Shown here: one piece after another, positions 63,654-64,000 of the stretch
How positions within the stretch are numbered: position 1 is the stretch's first letter
How the letters are laid out: every line of letters starts with the position of its first letter
DNA from: a virus
Taxonomy: Duplodnaviria > Heunggongvirae > Uroviricota > Caudoviricetes
Length of the DNA stretch: 64,000 bases
Strand: one strand, 5' to 3'
IMG/VR virus record: IMGVR_UViG_3300037311_000024
Location: 52,350 to 116,349 of that record
Made by a program: the position numbers and the translations under genes
Notes under the pieces: model-generated
Database searches by the model: none
Told to the model about the DNA's origin: nothing
What the model saw: the letters and a program-made list of their open reading frames with translations, nothing else

Positions 63654-63947
63654 TCATGACTTCTTGTGCCAGTCCTCGTCGACGTCTTCTTCTTTCCTGT
63701 CGGCGATGCGCTTACCAGCGGCGTCAGCTTCAGCCTTCGTGATTGCAGCTTGCTTATCAAGCTCGTCGGCCTGAGCCTTAAGCTTGTCGTCTTCCTTTCG
63801 AGCCTCATCAGCAGTCTTCCTAGCAGAGCTTGCGAGCAGCGAGAAGAGTACGTCCTTGAATATCCAAAGAGCGATCAGGGGGATCAGAAGGAAGAACAAG
63901 ATCTTGTTGTTGTTCCAGAGGTTCTTAATCTTCTCGTCCATGTTCAT
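63654..63947 (-). CDS. N-terminal TM coiled-coil protein (i-spanin/holin-like candidate)
   Basis: One N-terminal TM, charged coiled-coil KEDDKLKAQADELDKQAAITKAEADAAGK. Confidence 0.4.
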   Translation of the reverse strand: MNMDEKIKNLWNNNKILFFLLIPLIALWIFKDVLFSLLASSARKTADEARKEDDKLKAQADELDKQAAITKAEADAAGKRIADRKEEDVDEDWHKKS

Positions 63948-64000
63948 CTCCTTTGATGATCCACCAGGTTATTCCGAGGGCCAAAAGTAATAGTAGGCCT

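Overview
The window is a contiguous, densely coding stretch of a tailed dsDNA bacteriophage genome. Lipobox lipoproteins, an OMP-like barrel and a PagL-like lipid A deacylase point to a Gram-negative host. Many adjacent genes overlap by ATGA/GTGA, consistent with translational coupling. No rRNA, tRNA or CRISPR array was recognised.

Layout:
1. 1-11.8 kb, minus strand: morphogenesis and lysis genes (M15 peptidase, tail fibres, putative major capsid, scaffold, HK97-type prohead protease, a sigma-region-4-only regulator).
2. 11.8-12.1 kb: divergent promoter region with a dyad-symmetric operator-like site.
3. 12.1-37.5 kb, plus strand: early and auxiliary genes. These are a BCAT-like aminotransferase, class II RNR, dUTPase, ThyX, an Xer-like tyrosine recombinase, an Rrf2 regulator, a PagL-like protein, peptide deformylase, a secreted S1 protease, an AAA+ ATPase, a UDG-like protein, a metallophosphoesterase, a SprT-like protease, a DnaQ-like exonuclease, a flotillin, a SLOG domain with a PF10127-like nucleotidyltransferase, and a ferritin-like protein.
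4. 37.5-38.5 kb: an ORF-free, hairpin-rich segment carrying a telomere-like C3TA2 repeat array.
5. 38.5-43.7 kb: a GC/CpG-rich island with stereotyped promoter, RBS and terminator cassettes, ending in a strong terminator.
6. 43.7-49.3 kb, plus strand: rIIA-like GHKL ATPase and partner, an HNH endonuclease, a collagen-like lipoprotein, an OMP-like protein and a small lipoprotein. A second conserved upstream motif (TAGAGAACTT..CAAG..GGGGAGAATC) precedes three of these genes.
7. 49.3-64 kb, minus strand: a second S1 protease, ClpP with a mini trigger-factor-like protein, a Mu F-like protein, portal, large and small terminase, lytic transglycosylase, RuvC, a RecA-like protein, and membrane or spanin-like proteins.

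All functional calls rest on motif-level reading of the translated ORFs; no database search was run.
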